DNA from: a virus
DNA: 64,000 nt
Direction: 5' to 3' (one strand)
IMG/VR virus record: IMGVR_UViG_3300024999_000066
Location: 1-64,000 of that record
The notes below the pieces were generated by a model, which saw nothing but the letters and a program-made list of their open reading frames with translations, was not told where the DNA came from and made no database searches. The translations under genes and the position numbers were made by a program. Shown piece after piece: positions 38,567-47,997 of the stretch. How positions within the stretch are numbered: the stretch's first letter is position 1; the number at the start of each line of letters is the position of its first letter.

Positions 38567-39850
38567 ATGAGTGATTTAGATGATGTAGTAAGGGTAGTAA
38601 TTACCGATCAAACTACTGCTATCGCTACGGCTTCGTTTGCAATCCCAATGGTACTTGCAACGTTCACCAACTTCTCTGAGCGTGCTCGCACTTACTTGAA
38701 CATTACTGAGGTAGGTGCAGATTTTCCAACTACTAGTAATGTCTATAAAATGGCTGCCAAAGCTTTTGGGCAAGACTCTGTAATTGGTGCACCAATCCCT
38801 TCGTTGGTTGTAGGTCGTCGTCAAGTAGACAGTGTTGTATTCACCCCTACTGTTGCTGATAGCACTGCGTACACTGTCACCCTTAATGGCACTCCATACA
38901 CTTTTACTTCCGGTGTCGGTGCTACAGCAACCACTATTGTTACTGGACTCAAAGCCGCTATTGGCAGTCCTGCTGGTATTACTGTTGGTGGTACGACTAC
39001 TTTGACGTTGGCTGCAACTACTCCCGGTGCTGCTTGGAGTGTAGTTCCTTCTTCGAATTTGGTTGGTGTAAACACTGCCACTGAAACTTGGCCAGATGCT
39101 CTGTTGGCAGTTGATGCTGATAATGACGTCTGGTATGAATTGCTTGCTGAAACCCAAGTTGTTGCTGAGCAAGAAGCTCTGGCTGACACTATCCAAGCAA
39201 TGGACAAGATTTATGGTCTGTCATCTGCTGATGCAGTGGCTCCAACAACTGGTATTACTGACATTGGTTATAAGCTGAATGCTAAGTCTGCTGGTCGTAC
39301 TTTCGGTGTTTACTCTGCAACTTCCGCAACTGAATTCCCTGAAGCAGCTTGGTCAGGCAGCCAACTGGCTGTTACTCCCGGCTCCAATGACTGGGATTTT
39401 AAACGTGCTGCCGGGGTTACTCGCAGTATCCTTAGCTCGACTCAGATTGTAAACTTGCGCGCTAAATCATGGAACTTTTTCCGCCGCAAAGGCGGGGTTG
39501 ATGTATTCCAAGACGGCAACATGTTTGATGGGAAGCCAATCGATATCCAAATCTCGAAGGATTGGTTAAAGGCCCGACTTCAGGAGGGTATTTATTTCCG
39601 TATTATCAACAGTCTCAAGATTCCAATGACTGACCCCGGCCTCCTAATCGTAGAAAATGAAATCCGCTCTGTTCTATCTTTGGCTGAAAGCAATGGCATG
39701 ATTGATTCTGGGTGGACCGTTCAGACGCCGCCAGTGCTTTCAATTAGTCCTACACTTCGCGCCCAACGGGCTGCTGGCGTATTTGTGATCCAAGCACGTC
39801 TTGCCGGTGCGATCCGCAGCGTCGATATAAATTTTTACTTAAGTGTATGA
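38567..39850 (+). CDS. Tail sheath protein
   Basis: 427 aa; 'W.FK...GV', 'DWLKARLQ', 'KIPMTD.G', 'LAGAI..V.I'. Confidence 0.85.
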   Translation: MSDLDDVVRVVITDQTTAIATASFAIPMVLATFTNFSERARTYLNITEVGADFPTTSNVYKMAAKAFGQDSVIGAPIPSLVVGRRQVDSVVFTPTVADSTAYTVTLNGTPYTFTSGVGATATTIVTGLKAAIGSPAGITVGGTTTLTLAATTPGAAWSVVPSSNLVGVNTATETWPDALLAVDADNDVWYELLAETQVVAEQEALADTIQAMDKIYGLSSADAVAPTTGITDIGYKLNAKSAGRTFGVYSATSATEFPEAAWSGSQLAVTPGSNDWDFKRAAGVTRSILSSTQIVNLRAKSWNFFRRKGGVDVFQDGNMFDGKPIDIQISKDWLKARLQEGIYFRIINSLKIPMTDPGLLIVENEIRSVLSLAESNGMIDSGWTVQTPPVLSISPTLRAQRAAGVFVIQARLAGAIRSVDINFYLSV

Positions 39851-39854
39851 CGAC

Positions 39855-39920
39855 TTGCATTAAAACCCCTTACGTGATAAATTATATATTCGTTGATTTA
39901 TTTTGGAGGGGTTTTAATGC
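39855..39920 (+). promoter_or_regulatory. RBS-sequestering hairpin with nested sigma70-type promoter
   Basis: Perfect 14-bp inverted repeat GCATTAAAACCCCT/AGGGGTTTTAATGC covering most of the SD and the ATG; TTGCAT-17 nt-TAAATT inside it. Confidence 0.7.
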
Positions 39921-40783
39921 GTAAGTTTTATCTGTACAAGATTACCAATAAGGTAAACCAAAAGATTTACATTGGTATGACATGCCGGCCAGAAACTAGA
40001 TTTAAAGAGCACTGTAGCCAACACTCAACATGCACAAAACTTCGAAACTCTATTCAAAAACATGGAGTTGTTAATTTTCAATACGAAGTTTTGTGCATTG
40101 GCTCAGAGAAATATATTCTAGATCTAGAAGAAAAAGCAATTATTGCATATAATTCTATTACTGATGGATATAACTTAGTTCTAGGTAACCCTAAGACTGG
40201 CGCCATACTTTTATCTGAGGAAATGAAAGCAAAAATCTCAGTAGGGTTAAATAAGTATCACGCAGAGAATATTGCTTGGAATAGCGGGATCATTATTGGC
40301 CGAAGAAAAGAATATGATCCGCACTATGTTTCTGGCTTCTGGTTCCCACACTTGGAAGATGCTTGTTTTTCTTTAAATTTGAATATTACTCAACTACATA
40401 AATGGCGAAGAGATGGAACTCTTGGAGATGTACAACGTCTCCGTAAAGATTCTGTCCAAGTGCCTTGCTATGTTGCGGGATTCTGGTTTGATACCTTAAC
40501 CAGAGCTTCTCATGTACTAGATAAGAAACCTTCTACGCTTAATAAAAGAATCAGGGAAGGTTCTGTTGAACAAAAAGAAAAACAGAAAGGTCAAGTTGGA
40601 GAAGACGCCCATATGTTCGGAAGAACAGGTTCTGCCCATCCAAGATCTAAGTCTGTAGAAATTAATGGTGTTGTCTATGGCTCTATTTTAGAGGCAGCTA
40701 GAAATACTGAATTTACTAAGAAGATGATTAATACCCGTCTTAAGAATAATACACCCGGTTTTAGCTGGGCAACACAGGAATAA
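39917..40783 (+). CDS. Free-standing GIY-YIG homing endonuclease
   Basis: 'YLYKITNKVNQKIYIG...RFKEH...E...I..YNS..DGYN'; NUMOD1-like C-terminus. Confidence 0.88.
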   Translation: MRKFYLYKITNKVNQKIYIGMTCRPETRFKEHCSQHSTCTKLRNSIQKHGVVNFQYEVLCIGSEKYILDLEEKAIIAYNSITDGYNLVLGNPKTGAILLSEEMKAKISVGLNKYHAENIAWNSGIIIGRRKEYDPHYVSGFWFPHLEDACFSLNLNITQLHKWRRDGTLGDVQRLRKDSVQVPCYVAGFWFDTLTRASHVLDKKPSTLNKRIREGSVEQKEKQKGQVGEDAHMFGRTGSAHPRSKSVEINGVVYGSILEAARNTEFTKKMINTRLKNNTPGFSWATQE

Positions 40784-40789
40784 ATACTA

Positions 40790-41323
40790 ATGGCCTCAAA
40801 CTTTATCGGTAATTACAGCCCTGACGATTTCACGATTGTTATTTCGAAAGGTGATTTTGTACACACTGTCAGCGGTTTTGCAGACGGCACTTTCGTCTCA
40901 ATGAATAGGCTCGTACCCTCGTCCACCCCTTATCAGGGCGTGGGTACTTCTAACTCGTTTGGTCGTGTGAAACGTAAAGTAACTGGTATGACTGTTGATG
41001 TAACTTTGCATCAATATTCACCGTCAAACACTGTTCTTCAACAACTTCAGATTGCTGATGCACAGACTACAGATAACACTTGGGTATTCTCAGTAACCAT
41101 CAAAGATTTGAGTGGTCAGACTGTAGTATCTTCTAATAGTGCTATCATTGCAGCGCCTCCCGCCGTAGAGTTCAGTTCAGAAACATCCACACGTGACTGG
41201 CAAATCTACCTGTTTGGTAGTGACTTGTTTGTTGGCGGTAACATCCCTCTGGCCCCGGCTGAAGTAGCCGCTGTTGAAGCTGCCGGTGGTACTGTTGAAG
41301 CTCGCTGGCGGTTGAATCCTTAA
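40790..41323 (+). CDS. Tail tube protein
   Basis: 'NYSPDD...GFADGTF...SPSN..L...KDLSG...RDW'. Confidence 0.8.
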   Translation: MASNFIGNYSPDDFTIVISKGDFVHTVSGFADGTFVSMNRLVPSSTPYQGVGTSNSFGRVKRKVTGMTVDVTLHQYSPSNTVLQQLQIADAQTTDNTWVFSVTIKDLSGQTVVSSNSAIIAAPPAVEFSSETSTRDWQIYLFGSDLFVGGNIPLAPAEVAAVEAAGGTVEARWRLNP

Positions 41324-41331
41324 TGCCTAAT

Positions 41332-41352
41332 AGGGGCTGAAAGGCCCCTTGT
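41332..41352 (+). terminator. Terminator-like hairpin
   Basis: AGGGGC-TGAAAG-GCCCCT followed by TGT. Confidence 0.5.
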
Positions 41353-41367
41353 ACTTAAGGAGTAATA

Positions 41368-41865
41368 ATGGACTTAGCAAATTATTCACCAGAAGATGTT
41401 AATTGTTTAGCTTTTGGCATACCCCTAAATGGTTTTGCTGATGGAACATTTATCACTATTAGTAAAGATAAAGTTCCCTACGGTGCAACAGAAACAGCAG
41501 ATGGACAAGTGGCTAGGTTGTATACCAACAGCCAAACCTATACAATCTCCTTGACTTTCCACCGTGGCTCGACGTCAAATGATATTTTGACAAAGTTGTG
41601 GCAACTGGATGAGCTTAGTCAGGCCGGGAAATTTCCCATTTTTATTAAGGACTTATCAGGCACCGATCTTTTCTTCTCGACTAACACTTGGATTGAAGGT
41701 GTCCCTAATATGGTTCAGAGTACAAATTTTGACACTCGTACTTGGGTTTTGAAATCTTCACAAGCTGTGATCAATATTGGCAGCAACCAAGACGCTAGTG
41801 GAATTCTCCAAGACCTTGTTAATTTGGCAACCGGCGCTGCTTCTATTATTGAAGGGGTGCTATAA
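41368..41865 (+). CDS. Tail tube-like protein (paralog 2)
   Basis: 'NYSPED...GFADGTF...STSNDIL...KDLSG...RTW'. Confidence 0.7.
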   Translation: MDLANYSPEDVNCLAFGIPLNGFADGTFITISKDKVPYGATETADGQVARLYTNSQTYTISLTFHRGSTSNDILTKLWQLDELSQAGKFPIFIKDLSGTDLFFSTNTWIEGVPNMVQSTNFDTRTWVLKSSQAVINIGSNQDASGILQDLVNLATGAASIIEGVL

Positions 41866-42362
41866 TGTCAAATAACTTTACAGTCCAAACGTATAATCCC
41901 AAGGATGTGATACTTACGATTGGCGGGTATCAACTAACTGGCTGGCAATCTGTCACGATTTCACGGACAGTTAAGGGATTCACTGTAATTAGGGGTATTC
42001 GTGGAAAAAACACACGGGTCAAGAATGTAGACACTTCTGCAACTTTGACAATATCCCTTCTACAAACTGCTCAAGGTAATGATGTACTTTCGTATATCCA
42101 CGAACTGGATCTTGAAGAAGGTACGGCTCGAATTCCCCTAATGCTTAAAGATAGGTCTGGTCGGAGTGTGTTTTCCTCCAACGAAGCTTTTATTACAGGC
42201 TACCCTACGGCAACATTCTCCGGGCAGTTTGAATACCGCAATTGGGAATTCTTTGTGCAGAGCACGGACACTTATACTGTGGGAGGAAATGCCAAGCCCG
42301 CAACTGACCTACTTGATAGGGCACTCAGCGAAGCTGGTAATTTCATTGACAGTATTTTCTAA
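41865..42362 (+). CDS. Tail tube-like protein (paralog 3)
   Basis: 'TYNPKD...GNDVL...KDRSG...RNWEF'. Confidence 0.65.
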   Translation: MSNNFTVQTYNPKDVILTIGGYQLTGWQSVTISRTVKGFTVIRGIRGKNTRVKNVDTSATLTISLLQTAQGNDVLSYIHELDLEEGTARIPLMLKDRSGRSVFSSNEAFITGYPTATFSGQFEYRNWEFFVQSTDTYTVGGNAKPATDLLDRALSEAGNFIDSIF

Positions 42363-42385
42363 TTTAATTTTCTGAGATAAAATAA

Positions 42386-42709
42386 ATGGCAGCCCCACAA
42401 TTTCAAGTTTTAGAACAAACAACTATTACAGTTGATGACGTAGACTATTTGGTTAGTGCTATGCCTGCAACCAAAGGCCTGATGTTTATTGAAAAGCATC
42501 AAGCAGCTATTGATGAAGGTAAGGCTGATCTTAGCCAAATGAAACAAATTATTTGTAACTATGTCTCCAAAGATAATATGCAAATTACTGAAAAGTCTTT
42601 TGACATCACTTTTGCACGTCGTTATGCACATTTGAATAAGCTTTACAAGGAAGTGTTGAACTTTAACTTTGAAGAGCTTTTTCAGGCACCCGATACAGAA
42701 GAAGTCTGA
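42386..42709 (+). CDS. Tail assembly chaperone (G-like)
   Basis: Lies between tube and tape measure genes. Confidence 0.75.
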   Translation: MAAPQFQVLEQTTITVDDVDYLVSAMPATKGLMFIEKHQAAIDEGKADLSQMKQIICNYVSKDNMQITEKSFDITFARRYAHLNKLYKEVLNFNFEELFQAPDTEEV

Positions 42710-42966
42710 CTCACAGCGAGTCACATGTATCGGGTAAAACCCCCCCTACTAAATTAGAAAAAGAAATTGATTCAACATTCTCTCAGTCGTGGAGTATATA
42801 TAGGATTGCCATGCATGAGAAGGGCAGTCTTGAATTAGCTGCTGAAATGGAGTGGAAATATTCTACAAGACAAATGCTAAAGCTGCTTGAATTGCTGGAT
42901 GTCTACGATGCTTTAAATCAACAAGCTATTAATAAAGCCAAGGCTGAAAAGAACAAACCTAAGTGA
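42673..42966 (+). CDS. Tail chaperone extension (GT-like) reached by -1 frameshift
   Basis: The -1 frame is open 42673-42966; CTTTTT at 42677-82 is followed by a 10-bp hairpin at 42688-42735. Confidence 0.7.
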   Translation, partial: RAFSGTRYRRSLTHSESHVSGKTPPTKLEKEIDSTFSQSWSIYRIAMHEKGSLELAAEMEWKYSTRQMLKLLELLDVYDALNQQAINKAKAEKNKPK

Positions 42967-42980
42967 CGGAGTAATGAACA

Positions 42981-44801
42981 TTGCAGATTAGTAAATACTT
43001 CGCCTCAATGGGTATAGAGGTTGATAAATCCTCAGTCAAGAAAGTTGATAAAACTCTTGATCATATTGAAAATAGGCTCAAGAAATTAGGTACTTTTGCG
43101 AATAAGCCTATTGTTCTAAGTATCGGTAATTTTGATGTAGACCAAAGAAAACTTAATATTGCATTAGGTAATGCTTTGGATATGGCAAGTAATCGCCTTG
43201 TCTTTGACATTAGTCGATTTAATGTAAATCAAGCAGCTCTCAATCGAGATGTGGCAGCAGCGATGCTCAGAGCATCTGTCGCAAATCCTCTTAATGTTAA
43301 TACTCGGGGAGCTGGTGGTTCGAGGGTCAGGGAGTCCGCTGCTGCGGGTGCTGTGGCAGGTAGCGTTGGTGGTCTTAGGGGCATGCCTAATCTCTTCGGA
43401 CCAGCTCTTGCATTGGGTTTGGGTGGATATGGCCTGGGGGCTCTTAACAGACGTAACCAAGAAGTAGTGAGTGCCCAACTTCAATCCACAGCAGTGGTAC
43501 AACAGGCAGGCGGTACAGCCCAACAGGGTAGTGATTCCTTTCAATACTTAAGATCGGAAGCAAACCGCGTAGGTTTCAATTTCCTCGATGCATCAGGAGA
43601 TTATAACAAACTTATCTCAGGTCTCACTGGCTCGGGTATTGGACTTGGTCAAAGCCAAAAAGTATTCTCAGGTTTTGCCGAATTAGCTCGTGTAAACAAG
43701 CTTGACAAAACAACTCAAAACAGACTTTTCCGTGCCCTGTCCCAAGTGGCAGGTAAAGGTAAGTTGATGAGTGAAGAACTCACCGGGCAAATTGCAGAAG
43801 CATTGCCCGGAGGAACAGCTCTGTTTGCTCAAGCTTACCAACAGCAAATTGGTGGGAACAAAACTGGTGCAGAAGCTATCCAACAGCTTCTTGATGATAT
43901 GAAAAAGGGCAAGGTTAAGAGTAGTATCTTGACGTATGCAGGAGCTGCCGCTTCTCAACGTGCAAATCAAGGTGGTGCACTAGATGCAGCATCTACAGCC
44001 TCTCAAGCCGAACAAGCTCGTTATCAAAACTCCGTAAATGATATGGCCGTACTGGCTTCTGGATCCGGGGTTGAAGAGGGTTTTGCTCGTATCTTTCGTA
44101 CTCTTAACGCTGGCTTGAGTGAAAGTGGTAGTCTAGTGAAAGGTCTGTCAGAAGGCTTCAACGAGGCCACTAAATGGGCTGATGACTTGCTTCTGTTCCC
44201 GCAATCCTTTATACGTGCCTTGGAAGGTAAAGACAGTGTTGTAGCGGATTGGTTAGGGGTTGATAAGACTTCTCAGCTAGTACAGGATTGGGCTGCCATT
44301 AAGCAAATCTTTACTGATATCTCAATGATTAAGTTTGACTTCCTACCAACACTGGAAGCTACTTCTCGTGAAATTGCTGCTATTATGGGAGCTATAGCCG
44401 AATTCCAGCGGTGGAAGAGTGGTCAATTTCCTACTGAGATATCCACCGACACTAGCTCTGTTGCAGCAACAATTGGCTCTGCCACTAATAACTTCATGGT
44501 TAATGTTGGTAAAGCACGTGAACGTGGTAGGGCTGTCTATGAAGATCCAAGTTCCCCATATTATCAGGATGCTGCTGGGTATGACGACCAACAGGCTGAA
44601 ATGGCTAAGGCTGCTGCTGAAGATAAGGCAATGGGTATTGTCAACAACAGTAACGAGATAAACATTGAAGTGAATGTAGATGGGTCAACCTTACAGGGTA
44701 TGGATGCTAGTGCTCAAGCTCAAGCTATTGGTGAAGCTGTTGCAAATATGTTTGTTCAGTCGTTTGATCAAGTGAATGTTCAATTCCCAGTGAAACAATA
44801 A
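42981..44801 (+). CDS. Tape measure protein
   Basis: Ala/Gly-rich helical protein; 'ALSQVAGKGKLMSEELTGQIAEALPG' tape-measure domain. Confidence 0.88.
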   Translation: MQISKYFASMGIEVDKSSVKKVDKTLDHIENRLKKLGTFANKPIVLSIGNFDVDQRKLNIALGNALDMASNRLVFDISRFNVNQAALNRDVAAAMLRASVANPLNVNTRGAGGSRVRESAAAGAVAGSVGGLRGMPNLFGPALALGLGGYGLGALNRRNQEVVSAQLQSTAVVQQAGGTAQQGSDSFQYLRSEANRVGFNFLDASGDYNKLISGLTGSGIGLGQSQKVFSGFAELARVNKLDKTTQNRLFRALSQVAGKGKLMSEELTGQIAEALPGGTALFAQAYQQQIGGNKTGAEAIQQLLDDMKKGKVKSSILTYAGAAASQRANQGGALDAASTASQAEQARYQNSVNDMAVLASGSGVEEGFARIFRTLNAGLSESGSLVKGLSEGFNEATKWADDLLLFPQSFIRALEGKDSVVADWLGVDKTSQLVQDWAAIKQIFTDISMIKFDFLPTLEATSREIAAIMGAIAEFQRWKSGQFPTEISTDTSSVAATIGSATNNFMVNVGKARERGRAVYEDPSSPYYQDAAGYDDQQAEMAKAAAEDKAMGIVNNSNEINIEVNVDGSTLQGMDASAQAQAIGEAVANMFVQSFDQVNVQFPVKQ

Positions 44802-44811
44802 GGAGTCACCT

Positions 44812-45597
44812 ATGAGTTTGGCAATCGGATGGGGTGACTCCTCTATTCAAGAGGGAGGCTTCATCTACTGTGATGCGGTTCAAATTTACACTCAGAACTA
44901 TTCAGGTAGTGTGACAAAGCACCCCGTGGACCAAGGCGGGAACATCACGGACCATTTCGTTCGTAACAATCCCGTGTTTACGGTGGGTGCTGTAATCACA
45001 GGCGTGGATATTTCTACAGGAACTTATCTAATCCAAGACTTGGATGGTAATTCTCCCTACAACAGTAATGAAGCCCCTACCGCTGTTAGTGTGAACTCTA
45101 CGGATCAAAGTGTTCTTAAGAAATTCATTCCGGATAGCATTGGTCAGTTTCTTTCTGACAGTACTCCGGAAGTTGTTGTGGACAGTAGACGTACCGATCT
45201 TATAGAGCAGATTAGACAAGCCTTGATTGATCTAACAGCTGGTGTTATCTTTAACGAGAAGACTGGTCAATTCGATCCTAGTATTCAGCTTGTTCGTTTG
45301 TTTGAATACGATAATACACTGCTTCGAAAAGTAATCAACAATCTTGTGATGACTAAAATTACTTTTAAAGAAGACGCTAACACCGGATACGGTCTATACT
45401 GTGATATTACTTTTGAGCAAGTTACTTTTGCTTTCTTGAAGAAAACTGTTATTCCGAAAGATGTGCAAGATTCTCTTAAGAAAAAAGCTGCACCCAAAGC
45501 ATCAAAGGGTAAACAGGACAGCACACCACAAGATGTGGGAACTGGTAATTCCCCTAAAGATACTGACCCACTAAGGCAGGCTAGAGAAAATGGGTGA
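44812..45597 (+). CDS. Baseplate/tail tube initiator (Dit-like) protein
   Basis: 'VTKHPVDQGGNITDH'; follows the tape measure gene. Confidence 0.7.
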   Translation: MSLAIGWGDSSIQEGGFIYCDAVQIYTQNYSGSVTKHPVDQGGNITDHFVRNNPVFTVGAVITGVDISTGTYLIQDLDGNSPYNSNEAPTAVSVNSTDQSVLKKFIPDSIGQFLSDSTPEVVVDSRRTDLIEQIRQALIDLTAGVIFNEKTGQFDPSIQLVRLFEYDNTLLRKVINNLVMTKITFKEDANTGYGLYCDITFEQVTFAFLKKTVIPKDVQDSLKKKAAPKASKGKQDSTPQDVGTGNSPKDTDPLRQARENG

Positions 45598-45925
45598 AAA
45601 ATATGTAGTAATGCCTTTATTCCCAGATGCCTTCTACACATATACGATTGCTCTTCAAGGGGATTCGTATATCTTTGAGTTCATATACAATGAAAGAGCT
45701 AAGCTTTATTTCATAAATTTGTATGATGCTGACTCAAACCCTATTGTTATGGGCGAGGCTTTAGTTCCGAATTATCCAATCTTTTTAGATTATGCTCTAT
45801 TTCCATTGACAGGATTTATTTGGATGGAAGAAAAAGCTGATATAATTAGTGAACCTTACCAAGTTTATCCTGATTCAATTGATCAATATTATAATCTTTT
45901 CTATATCTACACAGAGGAAGACTAA
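45590..45925 (+). CDS. Baseplate protein
   Basis: Position; 'Y.F.F.YNER'. Confidence 0.65.
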   Translation: MGEKYVVMPLFPDAFYTYTIALQGDSYIFEFIYNERAKLYFINLYDADSNPIVMGEALVPNYPIFLDYALFPLTGFIWMEEKADIISEPYQVYPDSIDQYYNLFYIYTEED

Positions 45926-46827
45926 TGGACTTAATCCAGAGAAACCGCCAGTATAGGTTAGTGATTGGTGACTATAACTCTGGTGAAGCCTTAGAAATTA
46001 CTGATCTTCAAGTTCAGTTCGATATTAGTAAAAGCACAGATAATAAAAAGAAAACTAATTCTGCTTCTATTGAAATCACCAACCTATCCCTTGAGCATAT
46101 TCGCTTACTTGACACAGACTATCCCGCAGCGGTCTTTGAGGCAGGCTACCTTGACACTGGAGGACCTAAGCGTCTTTTTTCAGGTCAAGTTACACATGTG
46201 TCTACTAGAAAGTCTGGGACAGACAGAGTTACGCAGCTTCAACTTGGTGATGGATACACAGAATTAAATCATCAGATACTTTCTGAATTAGTCGCACCGG
46301 GCCAAACTGTTAAGGATGTTGCTGAAGCTATTCGTAAGAATCTTCCGGGTGTTTCTCGTGGAGTTTACAATGGCACCAATCTCAATAATGAGATTATTTA
46401 TGGTTATCCTTTGATGGGTACTCCAAAAGAAATGTTGGATGAGCTTGCCGAGAAATATTCTCTAGATACTCAGATCGATGATGGTGTGCTTTATGTTCAC
46501 AACAATGACCGTGCCGCCACTGAGAACTTCAATCAAGCCTATGTTATCTCTAAATATACAGGCTTGATTGAAACTCCTTATAGAGTTTCTGGTGATCGCC
46601 GTAGATCAAAAAAGGACAAAGCTAAAAAGCCAGGAATTCAGATGAAGATCCTTCTTAATCCAGATATCAAAGCTGGAGATATTATATATCTAGAAGATAC
46701 TCTCATCACGGGTTGGCTTAAGGTGGAGTCTCTCAGACATTCGGGTGGCTGGCGTTCATCAGGCTGGTATACAGAAATAAAAGCATCTAGCTTAGAAAAA
46801 GTAATTCAATCTGGAGGTGGTCAATGA
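45925..46827 (+). CDS. Baseplate hub protein
   Basis: 'F.I.K......N.A.I.I.NLS', 'AGY', 'TGLIETP'. Confidence 0.75.
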   Translation: MDLIQRNRQYRLVIGDYNSGEALEITDLQVQFDISKSTDNKKKTNSASIEITNLSLEHIRLLDTDYPAAVFEAGYLDTGGPKRLFSGQVTHVSTRKSGTDRVTQLQLGDGYTELNHQILSELVAPGQTVKDVAEAIRKNLPGVSRGVYNGTNLNNEIIYGYPLMGTPKEMLDELAEKYSLDTQIDDGVLYVHNNDRAATENFNQAYVISKYTGLIETPYRVSGDRRRSKKDKAKKPGIQMKILLNPDIKAGDIIYLEDTLITGWLKVESLRHSGGWRSSGWYTEIKASSLEKVIQSGGGQ

Positions 46828-47612
46828 GTTCTGAAGCTGTTGCTGCAATCCAGAGTACAATGACTAGCGCTTTTGATAGTTTAATGAACAACAAATATAC
46901 CGTAATCCCGTGTATTGTTGTGGCTGTTAGGGATGGGCTTAATGGTCAGATGGTTGATATACAACCCACCATTAATCAGAAAGAGCAAGATGGGACTGTT
47001 AAAGAGCGTGCCGTAATTCCGGGGGTGCCCGTCTCTTTCCAAGTTTCTAAGAAAGCTGGCTTCACATTTCCTATTGAGGTAGGCGACACTGGAACTGCCA
47101 TGTTCTCTATGAGAAATATGGATGGTTGGAAATCTGGTAACGGCAGACCTTCTAGTCCAATGAACTTTGCCAAGATGGATAAAAGTGATGCTATCTTTCT
47201 TCCGGGAATCCAACCACCAGGAGTGGCTGTGAATAATCCAGCCAAACATGTGCTCACACATGATACTAAGGATACTGTTTTATTCGCCAACTTAGGTGGT
47301 GTCGAAGCTGAGGTAAGGTTACGGGTAGATGGCAGTATTGGTATCACCACAAGTAACATGCCGATTATTATTGAAGGTTCTGATGTAACAATTAATGCAG
47401 CTACTAGCTTATCTTTGAATACCCCAAGTTTGACTGTTGATGCAGACACTACTCTGTGGCTAGGTGATATAACTTATCAGAGTAATATCACTCATGTAGG
47501 TAGCTACTCCCATACCGGTAACTACATTGGTGTTGGTGTGCAGACTTTCAACGGCGTTATTTTCAGTACACACCGCCATGCGCCAGCCGTCATCCCACCA
47601 ACTAATCCATAA
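46824..47612 (+). CDS. Baseplate central spike protein
   Basis: OB-fold-like N-terminus 'VDIQP...VPV.F...FPIEVGD'; C-terminal HxH (THRH) iron-binding tip. Confidence 0.8.
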   Translation: MSSEAVAAIQSTMTSAFDSLMNNKYTVIPCIVVAVRDGLNGQMVDIQPTINQKEQDGTVKERAVIPGVPVSFQVSKKAGFTFPIEVGDTGTAMFSMRNMDGWKSGNGRPSSPMNFAKMDKSDAIFLPGIQPPGVAVNNPAKHVLTHDTKDTVLFANLGGVEAEVRLRVDGSIGITTSNMPIIIEGSDVTINAATSLSLNTPSLTVDADTTLWLGDITYQSNITHVGSYSHTGNYIGVGVQTFNGVIFSTHRHAPAVIPPTNP

Positions 47613-47622
47613 GGAGATTGAT

Positions 47623-47997
47623 TTGGATTTCAAGCTCAGTCCCGATAGTTGGGATATCATTTGGCATAATGGTCCGCTGAGAAAAGAGGAAACCACTCAG
47701 CCACTAACAGAGACTGTAGGTCAGCGACTAAAGATCCGTTTATTGACTTTCTATTCCGAATGGTTCATTAATACAGTGTACGGCGTCCCGTACTTCGAAC
47801 GCCTGTTGGGCCAGAAGCAAACTTCAAAAGCAGCGGCTGATTTGATTTTTCAAAGTCAGATTCTTGCTGAGGAGGGTGTTAAGGAGATTGTTAGTTTTGA
47901 TTCTACTTTTATCAACCGTCAATATTCTCTGGTATTCACAGTTAAAGTTGTTACCGGTGCCATAACAGCACCGATAGTAATTCAACCTTTAAACTGA
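47623..47997 (+). CDS. Baseplate wedge protein (gp25-like)
   Basis: AAGGAG SD with TTG start; 'QRLKIRL.TF.SEWF....YGVPY'. Confidence 0.7.
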   Translation: MDFKLSPDSWDIIWHNGPLRKEETTQPLTETVGQRLKIRLLTFYSEWFINTVYGVPYFERLLGQKQTSKAAADLIFQSQILAEEGVKEIVSFDSTFINRQYSLVFTVKVVTGAITAPIVIQPLN

